Below are positions 37,401 to 43,011 of a stretch of DNA of 64,000 nt, in pieces. Source of the stretch: Candidatus Fimihabitans intestinipullorum (GTDB lineage Bacteria > Bacillota_I > Bacilli_A > RF39 > UBA660); contig DVML01000022.1 of NCBI GenBank assembly GCA_018714965.1, forward strand, positions 1,065 to 65,064, read 5' to 3'. Within the stretch, counting starts at the first letter, position 1. Every line of letters begins with the position of its first letter. Below the pieces are notes generated by a model, which saw only the letters and a list, made by a program, of their open reading frames with translations, was not told the origin of the DNA and did not search any database. The position numbers were made by a program, and so were the translations under genes.

Positions 37401-37661
37401 TTTCAAAAAATTAGTGGTCAGATTGTTGAAAAAAATATAAAAGAACTAGCTAAAACTGATGAATACAGGAAAATGGATGATTCTTACAAAACAGAGGCAA
37501 TTAAATCAATTGTTGATTATGCTTATAACTATGCTAAAGCAAAATCCTTAAAACAACCAATTTCAAAAAATTATAAAAAAGCTTACGAATATACTAAAAA
37601 CGGTGGAACTTTGTATGACTTTTACGCAGATAAAATTTATAAAAAAAGTAAAGAAAAGTAG
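31482..37661 (+). CDS. 2059-aa multidomain polyvalent virion protein (two HExxH metallopeptidase-like motifs and an ART-PolyVal-like region)
   Basis: GTG start. Gly-rich hydrophobic segment at about 32320-32480. HELYH at 33342-33356 and HEIQH at 34158-34172. Region about 34560-34800 (FFKDSKVRDNNGNLITYYNGS...WGKGIYLTKY...LYVNIKNP) resembles the ADP-ribosyltransferase-like domain of phage polyvalent proteins. Confidence 0.65.
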   Translation: MKKIDLSKYRKAQNVRIIDDDEENIMPIDYSKYKKANLSQEAIDIINDYDQHNNKNKIKTTVNVVNNKPNEDGYTDTGKKLGDYDYYDYKNRGQYKIYSKDGNYYYYDEKNKSYNTVNEQRMTTKEEDRKQYEEAVKLGFKGNKSKLSLNDQLKLDTSNLTKDEYKEYEKDLERQENKRAKDSEIRYGGPGLKGSLGEIKQGIKNIGENLIDPIARTPENIKIGQLNEKLGREAYKKMEGKKNNYDEVKRQVDNYTKFNQDIVTSENLIDQNTQNMPNQISAFLSGVKGGGIGGVVGGLAGATIGTVATGNPSGTATGAVQGAKLLGGAGYVGGQAKYTYELESGYQYQALLDLGVPEDIAKEEARKVGTTNALIESGESLLDLVTLGKASQVRQMLTDGLVKKYGLETVKDWTKGAATSYVTNVASEGIEEGLQEYSSIQGEKRATKKAGIERDDSQDFERIKDSTIAGSFGALLSGAVTRPTGVFTNRYVNSKIGGSANNNIQNSSLTERSIQNTANALNLGNLNTNNLSVVNNSTDGKTTTNNFVESARTYNIDISNNTIKNIDKTLSNRGIVSRFDASEFTNNNENAFWKVNSDGTREVVFNPKAKTNDLLENVAVHELYHDISKSEDGQKIKDELLDFAKTKEGYEEARKSLEQLYSNKYDPNSDQFKTLVDEEAVASILGKKLGNQEFVNSLTVEKPSVAKSVYNWVVDKLNKLNKLTGYKSEKLFWKDVKSKFDSAYRSNVDFDVDSRFMITGYKAAKQLDKNFKTKEFSENYKEAIKMEKHGALKDKIRKETGWYKDVNGDWKFEISDKSSELKISPKAFTDYKLKELLDHNILYKAYPFLKNTNVKFSKLPETTRGKTDKLTGNIYINNNLIGNDSQIERTLLHEIQHKVQRKEKFQGGTTQYRENSYERYRNNFGETEARETSQRKKLNFEERLATPSYTQTYNKQSKKKLYTKEDTKWYNYLKGDRDVEENLESSKKTIRLHQMGGIEELDNSSFSFDKNKTRSLSNTDNQGRKLSKGQQEFFKDSKVRDNNGNLITYYNGSDNFNVYDKNKLSNNSKWGKGIYLTKYKDIASMYGNNIKELYVNIKNPISSTKKTISFEEYNELYKKINDGESGYIEEYSMYDNDLDLLWDMTNSGNWADYAKEIREITGKDGLIINDDNKAEDMVIAFESNQLKSVDNLNPTNTEDIRYSQNSNKWQGFVDQNFQTEGTGHTLSQLKTNKVLNPTEIASLTREDAGTTPNLPDVKVPKGDKKSKFTKNISEKTKMLTEENRKKLSQEKDVAFYKGITNKQSLEEAYDRLNDGGSGETLNWISRNSYDKDGKLKKKPTATDVAEGWILLKQYQDAGDYDSMVQVAKVMRQMGTESGQAIQAYNIMSRLTPEGMVKYAQSELGEAYDRMVKNKTKKWIEKNRDKFTLTPDETAYIVNNIKEASELPDGYEKKVKLAQIQSLISNKLPPARGAGIKAWMRISMLFNLKTQIRNIMGNAVITPVNAIGDTFSALMDKQIAKKTGVRTTGAPNVKNFAKGFKKGLYESWNDFKLDINTRDMQGNRFEIGEGKSFTDQTKVGRALNRTDKILSFMLDAGDRPFYEGTFINSINNQKILNNTNKVTQDMIDIATTEALQRTWQDNNAYTKFVLNTRRGLNFGMKYGLGDALIPFAKTPANLTKALIDYSPAGLVTTLIEGKKLKNAIETNQFTPQMQHKFVQNLGKATAGSLLYILGYILAKEGITTGANDEDKDVSDFMRNTLGIQPYSIKIGNKTFTYDWAQPVATPFAMMADLQKKDEEAGILNKVLSTADVGANLLLQQSFMESIENVFSDYQSIPNGIIQQVLDLPSRAVPTLVKQVNDMIDTTQRTSFEKGDNLKTAKNRVKSKIPGMSTDLAPSRDSLGRVIKKYGGDANLFNVFLNPANTNKGKVSDSAKEIYKIYQKTGDKTIMPRVAPYSIVSGGKSKTLDSKERSEFQKISGQIVEKNIKELAKTDEYRKMDDSYKTEAIKSIVDYAYNYAKAKSLKQPISKNYKKAYEYTKNGGTLYDFYADKIYKKSKEK

Positions 37662-37668
37662 GTGAAAT

Positions 37669-38022
37669 ATGATATATATAGAGAAAAGTACAATGAATTT
37701 AGAACTCGTGATCGGAGACACGGGTTCTTTTTCTTTAAAACCTAAAATTAACAAGGAAACATATTTATCAGAAGGAGATAAAATCTATTTTACTGTCAAA
37801 AAAAAGAAAACTGGAGATGTTGTGTTAAATAAGGAAATCACAGAATTTCGCAATGGAATCGTTGATATTATTATAGAGCCAAAAGATACGCTTGATCTTG
37901 AACCGGGAAATTATATATATGATATTAAATCAGTTCGAAAAGACGGAACCGTCGATACGTTAATTCCGAATAATCCGTCTGCTAGTTTGACGTTGAAAAG
38001 AGGTGTTAAATCATGGAAATAG
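37669..38022 (+). CDS. Small tail-associated protein (Ig-like/BppU_N-like?)
   Basis: 117 aa; overlaps the fibre gene start. Confidence 0.35.
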   Translation: MIYIEKSTMNLELVIGDTGSFSLKPKINKETYLSEGDKIYFTVKKKKTGDVVLNKEITEFRNGIVDIIIEPKDTLDLEPGNYIYDIKSVRKDGTVDTLIPNNPSASLTLKRGVKSWK

Positions 38023-39596
38023 AAACTCCGATAATAGAAATTGAACTTCCTGGAGGAACAAGAGGATTACAAGGTGTTCCTGGACCAAAGGGAGAAACTG
38101 GAGAGCCAGGGCCTAAAGGAGAAACTGGAGAGCCAGGACCAGGAAATTTTTTAACGATAGGTTCTGTTACGTCTGGCACTGTCGCATCGGCAACAATCAC
38201 GGGAGAAAGCCCTACACAAGTTTTAAATTTGATTTTGCCAAAAGGAGAAAAGGGAGAAACTGGAGAGCCAGGGCCTAAAGGAGAAACTGGAGAGCCAGGT
38301 ATACAGGGAATTCCAGGAATGCCGGGAGAACAAGGGTATTCAATTGCTAAAGTTGAAAAAAAATCAGGGACAGGGGCGCCTGGAACAGCAGATATATACG
38401 GTTGTTACTTAAACGATCAAACGGGTACTGAAGTGGGGGAGTTTAGTGTATTTAATGGGATGAATGGAATAGCAGGAGCAGATGGAATTGATGTGACAAG
38501 TGCAACAACTGGGACACCAATACAAAGTGATGAGTATACAGTAACACCAATCACGTTTAATAAAAGCGATAATACGGCTGTGACAGTTAACGTACAAGCT
38601 AAAAATGGTATCAATGGAGAGGGAGTTCCAGACGGTGGAACTACTGGACAAGTATTGGCGAAAGCAAGTGATACTGACGGCGACGTTGAATGGGTAAATC
38701 AAACCGGAGGCACTACCGATTATGATTCCGCTCCAGTAGGATCAATATTCGGTTATCCTAGTTTAACTCCACCAACGGGGTATATGATATGCGATGGAAG
38801 CGAATTGAGTCGTACTGAATATGCATCATTATTCGCAGTTATTGGAACATCATATGGAGTGGGTGATGGCTCAACAACATTCAACATTCCAAATATCAAA
38901 GGTCGAATGATTGTTGGGCATAATATTGGCGATAGCGATTTCAACACTTTAGGGAATACTGGAGGAAGCAAGACCCATACACAAACAGTTTCGGAAATGG
39001 CTCGACATACACACGTCTTGAAAAAAGGCGGAGCCGTTGGTGGAGACGGTAGTGGGTTAGCTTATTCAGGGACTACGGCTTCAAATAATGCTGGGGTTGA
39101 ACCGGCAGGAGAAGGCGAACCAATGGATATCATGAATCCATATATCGTTGCTTGTTATATTATTAAAGTTTCGGGAACAGCTATTTTGAACGGAAATGTA
39201 GTTGATGATTTGAATGAAAACTCAACGACTAATTCTCCAAGTCAAAACGCAGTAAATCAAGGATTGTTATCAATAAATAATTTTATTGGAGATTTATTCA
39301 AGTTTCAAACTTTGTCCGTACCAATTGAAATTGCTGGAAGTGGACACGCATCGTTCCAAATGGGGTGGCTTGATACAACTGATGGGTATTCTTATTTAGG
39401 AATTCTTTCAAAAGAAAGCGGATATGGAGATCAATGGCAAATAACATATTCATTGTATCAAGGTAATAAAATTTTTGCTGTTGTGAGAAATAACTATAGT
39501 CAAACTTTAAGCAATACAATAACTTGTACCGTAGTATATATAAAATCAGACTATCTAACGGATGCAATCGTAGGTGATGAAAATGGAACAGAATAA
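38013..39596 (+). CDS. Tail fibre with collagen-like repeats and a phage tail-collar domain
   Basis: Gly-X-Y tracts GLQGVPGPKGETGEPGPKGETGEPGPG and GEKGETGEPGPKGETGEPGIQGIPGMPGEQG; collar motif GYMICDGSELSRTEYASLFAVIGTSYGVGDGSTTFNIPNIKGR. Confidence 0.8.
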   Translation: MEIETPIIEIELPGGTRGLQGVPGPKGETGEPGPKGETGEPGPGNFLTIGSVTSGTVASATITGESPTQVLNLILPKGEKGETGEPGPKGETGEPGIQGIPGMPGEQGYSIAKVEKKSGTGAPGTADIYGCYLNDQTGTEVGEFSVFNGMNGIAGADGIDVTSATTGTPIQSDEYTVTPITFNKSDNTAVTVNVQAKNGINGEGVPDGGTTGQVLAKASDTDGDVEWVNQTGGTTDYDSAPVGSIFGYPSLTPPTGYMICDGSELSRTEYASLFAVIGTSYGVGDGSTTFNIPNIKGRMIVGHNIGDSDFNTLGNTGGSKTHTQTVSEMARHTHVLKKGGAVGGDGSGLAYSGTTASNNAGVEPAGEGEPMDIMNPYIVACYIIKVSGTAILNGNVVDDLNENSTTNSPSQNAVNQGLLSINNFIGDLFKFQTLSVPIEIAGSGHASFQMGWLDTTDGYSYLGILSKESGYGDQWQITYSLYQGNKIFAVVRNNYSQTLSNTITCTVVYIKSDYLTDAIVGDENGTE

Positions 39597-39780
39597 ATAT
39601 ATTCCAATTTTATGGATCGCAATATTGTTTATTTTGATTGTTGAACTAATTTATACAGTTTATTCATATATTGATTACAATTCTCGAAAAGAAAGTGGAA
39701 ATGAACGGTGGAAACAAGTAGAGGAGAGAATTCAACGATTGGAGGAAGAACATGGAAGAGTTTGTAAAAGTAGTTGCTAA
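39574..39780 (+). CDS. Small membrane protein (lysis cassette)
   Basis: One TM (IPILWIAILFILIVELIYTVY). Confidence 0.4.
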   Translation: MMKMEQNKYIPILWIAILFILIVELIYTVYSYIDYNSRKESGNERWKQVEERIQRLEEEHGRVCKSSC

Positions 39781-39967
39781 TTATGGTGTTTCAATTGTTA
39801 TAGTCGCATTGTTTTTATGGGATTGGTTTACTAATAAAAAAGAAATGAAGAGTACTTTGGATGTAATCAAAGATACCTCCATAAATATTTCAAAGAGTCT
39901 TGATTTATTACAAAAGTCAATGGATAGACATGACGAAAAGTTAGATAAAATTATAGAAAGAAGGTAG
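39752..39967 (+). CDS. BhlA/UviB-family holin-like protein
   Basis: 71 aa; N-terminal TM followed by a charged coiled-coil tail, an architecture matching BhlA. Confidence 0.55.
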   Translation: MEEFVKVVANYGVSIVIVALFLWDWFTNKKEMKSTLDVIKDTSINISKSLDLLQKSMDRHDEKLDKIIERR

Positions 39968-39972
39968 AAAAT

Positions 39973-40173
39973 ATGAAAAATAAAACTTATGATATTTTAA
40001 AATGGATTGCACAAATTGTTTTGCCGGCAATCGCAACATTTTATGTAACAGTGGCAAGTTTGTGGAATTTGCCATTTCCTGAGGAAATTTCAGGAACAAT
40101 TATGGCAGTAGATACTTTATTAGGAGCAGTCTTAATGATTTCTAGTGCTAATTATAAAAAGGAGAGTGAGTAG
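39973..40173 (+). CDS. Holin (Dp-1-type)
   Basis: MKNKTYDILKWIAQIVLPAIATFYVTVASLWNLPFPEEISGTIMAVDTLLG matches the Dp-1 holin family pattern. Confidence 0.65.
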   Translation: MKNKTYDILKWIAQIVLPAIATFYVTVASLWNLPFPEEISGTIMAVDTLLGAVLMISSANYKKESE

Positions 40174-40175
40174 AT

Positions 40176-41045
40176 ATGAAATATAGACAAATGTTGGTTG
40201 ATGAATCAAAATGGAATATTAAGTGTCCGTATAAAATGGAACCGGAATATATTACAGTTCATAACACCGCAAATGATGCATCAGCTGAGAACGAAGTTAA
40301 ATATATGATTTCAAATAATAACGAAGTATCATTTCATTATGCCGTTGACGACAAAGAGGCGGTGCAAGGAATTCTAACAGACAGGAATACTTGGAATGCA
40401 GGCGACGGAGCAAACGGAACTGGTAATAGAAAATCTATTGCGGTTGAAATTTGTTATTCTAAATCAGGTGGGGATCGTTTTATTCGAGCTGAAAAGAACG
40501 CAGCAATTGTTGTTGCAGATCTTTTAAAAGGATGGGATTTAGGGCTTGACAGAGTTCGTAAACATCAAGATTGGAATGGAAAATATTGTCCGCATCGTAC
40601 ACTCGACATGGGCTGGGAAAGATTCATGGATATGGTTAAATTAGCGTATAACGGTTCAAATTCGAATGAAAACGGTTCATCCAATACAAATACACCAACA
40701 GTACAAAAAAACATTGAACAAGTGGCGTATGACGTTATTAACGGTAAATATGGAAACAATCCTGAACGTCGTCAAAAATTAGAAGCAGAAGGATATGACT
40801 ATAATAAAGTGCAGACAAAAGTCAATGAAATTCTGGATGGACAAAACAGTATGACCAAAAAATTGGCAGTTGGGAGTAAAGTAAAAATCAATTCAAGTGC
40901 TTCTACATATGCGACGGGAGAGAAAATTCCAAATATTTACAAAAATAAAACTTATACCGTTCAGCAACTTCATAAAAACGGTGATAAAGTTTTAATAAAA
41001 GAGCTTTATTCTTGGGTTTTCATTAAAGATATTACAGTCTTATAA
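40176..41045 (+). CDS. Endolysin: N-acetylmuramoyl-L-alanine amidase (Amidase_2/PGRP) with a CW_7 repeat and an SH3-like C-terminus
   Basis: ITVHNTAN, SFHYAVDD, SIAVEICY, HQDWNGKYCPHR; CW_7-like VAYDVINGKYGNNPERRQKLEAEGYDYNKVQTKVNEIL. Confidence 0.85.
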   Translation: MKYRQMLVDESKWNIKCPYKMEPEYITVHNTANDASAENEVKYMISNNNEVSFHYAVDDKEAVQGILTDRNTWNAGDGANGTGNRKSIAVEICYSKSGGDRFIRAEKNAAIVVADLLKGWDLGLDRVRKHQDWNGKYCPHRTLDMGWERFMDMVKLAYNGSNSNENGSSNTNTPTVQKNIEQVAYDVINGKYGNNPERRQKLEAEGYDYNKVQTKVNEILDGQNSMTKKLAVGSKVKINSSASTYATGEKIPNIYKNKTYTVQQLHKNGDKVLIKELYSWVFIKDITVL

Positions 41046-41076
41046 TGACACATTTTTTATTGAATAGATATTATAA

Positions 41077-41109
41077 AACCAGTCTTCATGGAAGGCTGGT
41101 TCTTTTTTT
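41077..41109 (+). terminator. Rho-independent terminator ending the late operon
   Basis: AACCAGTCTTC atg GAAGGCTGGTT followed by CTTTTTTT. Confidence 0.75.
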
Positions 41110-41157
41110 ATGGTATAATTTTTATAGATCCTATTATCCCGTGTGGAAATAGGACTT

Positions 41158-41628
41158 TTATTTACTGAAATTTGTTTCATCACAAATAAGTTTTAATTCA
41201 TCTAACTCAAATGCGTTATTTTGGACAGTTTCATCAGAAAATTCGCAAGCGTCATATTGGAATAATCCTTTAAAATCACTATAAATTTCATTATCTTTTT
41301 TGTCGGTTTTTAATTTAATAGAATTATAAAACTTCTCCGCCTCATTTTTGTTGTCAAAAACTTTTGATTTTTTTGTGTCTTTTAAGATTTCTATAAACCC
41401 TTGATCGTTAAAATGTTGAGTCACTTTCACAACCAAAAATTTTCTCATATAAATTCCTCTCTCTAAAATTTTTTTGGCTTCTAAAACCAACTCTCTTTTA
41501 TTCATATTGTTTTTTGCTAAAAATTCGTTAATTTGATCTAATTCTTCGGGTTTTAATTTTGCTTTGAATTGTTTGTAATTATCTTTGTCGAACTGATTTT
41601 TGTATTCTCTTAATTCTTTTTTATTCAT
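41158..41628 (-). CDS. RHH-like N-terminal domain protein (156 aa), accessory cassette 1
   Basis: N-terminal REYKNQFDKDNYKQFKAKLKPEELDQINEFLAKNNMNKRELVLEAKKILE is paralogous to the 41874 ORF and fits a strand-helix-helix pattern; no Shine-Dalgarno. Confidence 0.45.
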   Translation of the reverse strand: MNKKELREYKNQFDKDNYKQFKAKLKPEELDQINEFLAKNNMNKRELVLEAKKILERGIYMRKFLVVKVTQHFNDQGFIEILKDTKKSKVFDNKNEAEKFYNSIKLKTDKKDNEIYSDFKGLFQYDACEFSDETVQNNAFELDELKLICDETNFSK

Positions 41629-41637
41629 ATATTAAAA

Positions 41638-41665
41638 TTGACAATTTCTATAATTATGATAAAAT
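41638..41665 (+). promoter_or_regulatory. Antisense promoter, cassette 1
   Basis: TTGACA-16 nt-TAAAAT with a TGn extended -10; fires towards the small ORF on the opposite strand. Confidence 0.55.
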
Positions 41666-41671
41666 AATTAG

Positions 41672-41709
41672 TGAGAAGGGGGTTAACCCCATCTCGTAAT
41701 CACTTTTTT
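41672..41709 (+). ncRNA. Predicted short antisense RNA, cassette 1
   Basis: Predicted start about 7 nt after the -10. GTGAgaagGGGGttaaCCCCatctcgtaaTCAC followed by T6. Complementary to the 3' end of the 31-codon ORF. A second possible terminator lies near 41745-41755. Confidence 0.35.
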
Positions 41710-41778
41710 GGTTTTCTTTCCACAGACTTGAAATCCAAGAGTGATTTTTATTTTCCATATTTTTATAGAAATTTCCAT
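41683..41778 (-). CDS. 31-aa basic peptide, cassette 1
   Basis: RBS GGTGGG 7 nt before the ATG; MEISIKIWKIKITLGFQVCGKKTKKVITRWG; paralogue at 42111. Confidence 0.4.
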   Translation of the reverse strand: MEISIKIWKIKITLGFQVCGKKTKKVITRWG

Positions 41779-41821
41779 CTTTAATCCCACCTTTCTAGTA
41801 ATCTTTCTTGATTACATACTA

Positions 41822-41850
41822 ATTATATCATATCGTGTACACGATATCAA
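41822..41850 (-). promoter_or_regulatory. Sense promoter of cassette 1 with an operator palindrome
   Basis: Minus strand TTGATA-17 nt-TATAAT; the spacer holds ATATCGTGTACACGATAT. Confidence 0.6.
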
Positions 41851-41873
41851 CTGTTTTTATGGAGATAGGAGTT

Positions 41874-42059
41874 TTATTTTTTATATTTTTCTTTTAATAT
41901 TTTATATGCTTCACGAATAAATTGAGTATTGTTCATATTGATTTGATCCAAAAATGAATCTATTTCTTCTTTTTCTTCTACCGGAAGTTTTGCGGTGAAT
42001 TGCCTGTAATTTATCTTCTTGTATTCACGAATATATTTCTTTTGATCAAACTTTTCCAT
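41874..42059 (-). CDS. RHH-like protein (61 aa), accessory cassette 2
   Basis: MEKFDQKKYIREYKKINYRQFTAKLPVEEKEEIDSFLDQINMNNTQFIREAYKILKEKYKK. Start chosen by analogy to cassette 1 (the track ORF extends to 42077); no Shine-Dalgarno. Confidence 0.45.
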   Translation of the reverse strand: MEKFDQKKYIREYKKINYRQFTAKLPVEEKEEIDSFLDQINMNNTQFIREAYKILKEKYKK

Positions 42060-42063
42060 AATT

Positions 42064-42092
42064 TTGACAATCATCAATAAATTGGTTATAAT
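42064..42092 (+). promoter_or_regulatory. Antisense promoter, cassette 2
   Basis: Perfect TTGACA-17 nt-TATAAT. Confidence 0.6.
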
Positions 42093-42098
42093 GGTAAT

Positions 42099-42191
42099 AG
42101 AAGGAGTGGCTTATCGCCAACTCTTTCTGATTACTTTAGTAGTTTTAGTAGATTTTCTTTCTCGTAGAATTGCTAAAACTACTTTTATTTT
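42099..42191 (+). ncRNA. Predicted antisense RNA (about 90 nt), cassette 2
   Basis: Ends in an 11-bp perfect stem, AGTAGTTTTAG (42138) with CTAAAACTACT (42173), followed by TTTATTTT. Complementary to most of the 34-codon ORF. Confidence 0.4.
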
Positions 42192-42215
42192 ACCAATTTT
42201 TATTGATAATTCCAT
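42111..42215 (-). CDS. 34-aa basic peptide, cassette 2
   Basis: RBS GAGAGGTG 6 nt before the ATG; MELSIKIGKIKVVLAILRERKSTKTTKVIRKSWR. Confidence 0.4.
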   Translation of the reverse strand: MELSIKIGKIKVVLAILRERKSTKTTKVIRKSWR

Positions 42216-42239
42216 GTCTTCACCTCTCTTTCTATATAC

Positions 42240-42268
42240 ATTATATCACATGGTGTAGACCATGTCAA
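42240..42268 (-). promoter_or_regulatory. Sense promoter of cassette 2 with an operator palindrome
   Basis: Minus strand, perfect TTGACA-17 nt-TATAAT; the spacer holds CATGGTctacACCATG. Confidence 0.6.
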
Positions 42269-42482
42269 GAGATTTGTTCATTTTTCTTTAAATTTGTAAA
42301 ATTTATGTTAAAATAATTGAGGTTACTTTTTTGGTATCCTTATTCTTTTATTCTCATCATAAAACTCGCAAAGATTATATTGAAATAATTTTTTATATAA
42401 CTATAAATTTAATTTTTAATAAATAGATATTATGTATAAATACAAGTTAACATAATTAAAATTATATATAACATATAATAAT

Positions 42483-42510
42483 TTGACATATATTAAAAAA
42501 AATGTATAAT
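42483..42510 (+). promoter_or_regulatory. Consensus promoter inside an ORF-free region that is visibly very AT-rich
   Basis: TTGACA-16 nt-TATAAT; reads towards and antisense to the 51-aa peptide gene. Confidence 0.5.
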
Positions 42511-42516
42511 ATTTCT

Positions 42517-42754
42517 CATATTATATAATTTGTTTACATTTATCAATTAAAAGTTGTTGCAAAAATAATATATAAATTATATAATAATATTGAATGATTA
42601 ACATATATTATCATTTATTATCATTTCACTTTAGTATATTATAGTTATTTTTAACTATAATAAAAAAGAGATACACCCAATATAGCCTGTTAGGTGTCAT
42701 CTCCACAATTTGTGGTAGGCACCATAACTCTTAGTTGAGTTAGGTGTCTTTTTT
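42517..42754 (+). ncRNA. Predicted antisense/non-coding transcript overlapping the 3' end of the 51-aa ORF
   Basis: No plausible ORF. Plus-strand hairpin GGCACC...GGTGTC followed by T6 at 42718-42754, which would terminate it inside the peptide gene. Confidence 0.3.
42662..42703 (-). terminator. Terminator of the 51-aa peptide gene
   Basis: Minus strand GAGATGACACC, 14-nt loop, GGGTGTATCTC followed by T6; overlaps the stop codon. Confidence 0.65.
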
Positions 42755-42852
42755 GTCATTAGTTGTTTAAAAACTTTTCTAGTAATGCCAAGATTACTAT
42801 CAAAGCTACTAAAAACTCCATTGGTCTCCTTATATATAATAAGTTGATTCAT
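42697..42852 (-). CDS. 51-aa hydrophilic peptide of unknown function
   Basis: Very strong RBS AAGGAGGTG 6 nt before the ATG; MNQLIIYKETNGVFSSFDSNLGITRKVFKQLMTKKTPNSTKSYGAYHKLWR; own promoter and terminator. Confidence 0.5.
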   Translation of the reverse strand: MNQLIIYKETNGVFSSFDSNLGITRKVFKQLMTKKTPNSTKSYGAYHKLWR

Positions 42853-42932
42853 GTGGACCACCTCCTTACATATCTTGATTGAAAAGTTATGTGGAGGCAA
42901 CACCTAACTATCGGATGTATCTCATAACTAGA

Positions 42933-42977
42933 ATTATATAATTTTTTTCGACAATAATCAATATATGTGATCCACAT
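42933..42977 (-). promoter_or_regulatory. Promoter plus upstream palindrome of the 51-aa peptide gene
   Basis: Minus strand TTGATT-17 nt-TATAAT (42961 to 42933); palindrome ATGTGgatCACAT at 42965-42977. Confidence 0.55.
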
Positions 42978-43011
42978 TTTGCAAAAAAATAGAGTGATAT
43001 AAAGCACCGTG

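Noticed and set aside
31482-37661. Annotating the 2059-aa protein as a tape measure protein
   Set aside because: No major tail protein, no G/GT chaperone pair and no distal tail protein flank it. Its HExxH and ART-like segments fit polyvalent or ejected proteins better. This cannot be excluded without profile searches.
38013-39596. A diversity-generating retroelement acting on the tail fibre
   Set aside because: No reverse transcriptase ORF exists anywhere in the window, and I found no template-repeat copy of the fibre C-terminus.
42064-42258. The plus-strand 64-aa track ORF, and the plus-strand SD-like AGAAGGAG at 42099-42106
   Set aside because: The ORF begins upstream of its own putative promoter. 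No start codon follows the SD-like sequence at a usable distance, and the sequence is better explained as the complement of the minus-strand small ORF and its 3' flank.
42300-42690. The extremely AT-rich ORF-free block considered as a replication origin or a degenerate repeat array
   Set aside because: I found no iterated unit, DnaA-box-like motif or inverted terminal structure, only scattered short AT palindromes. It is treated as a promoter/ncRNA region with low confidence.
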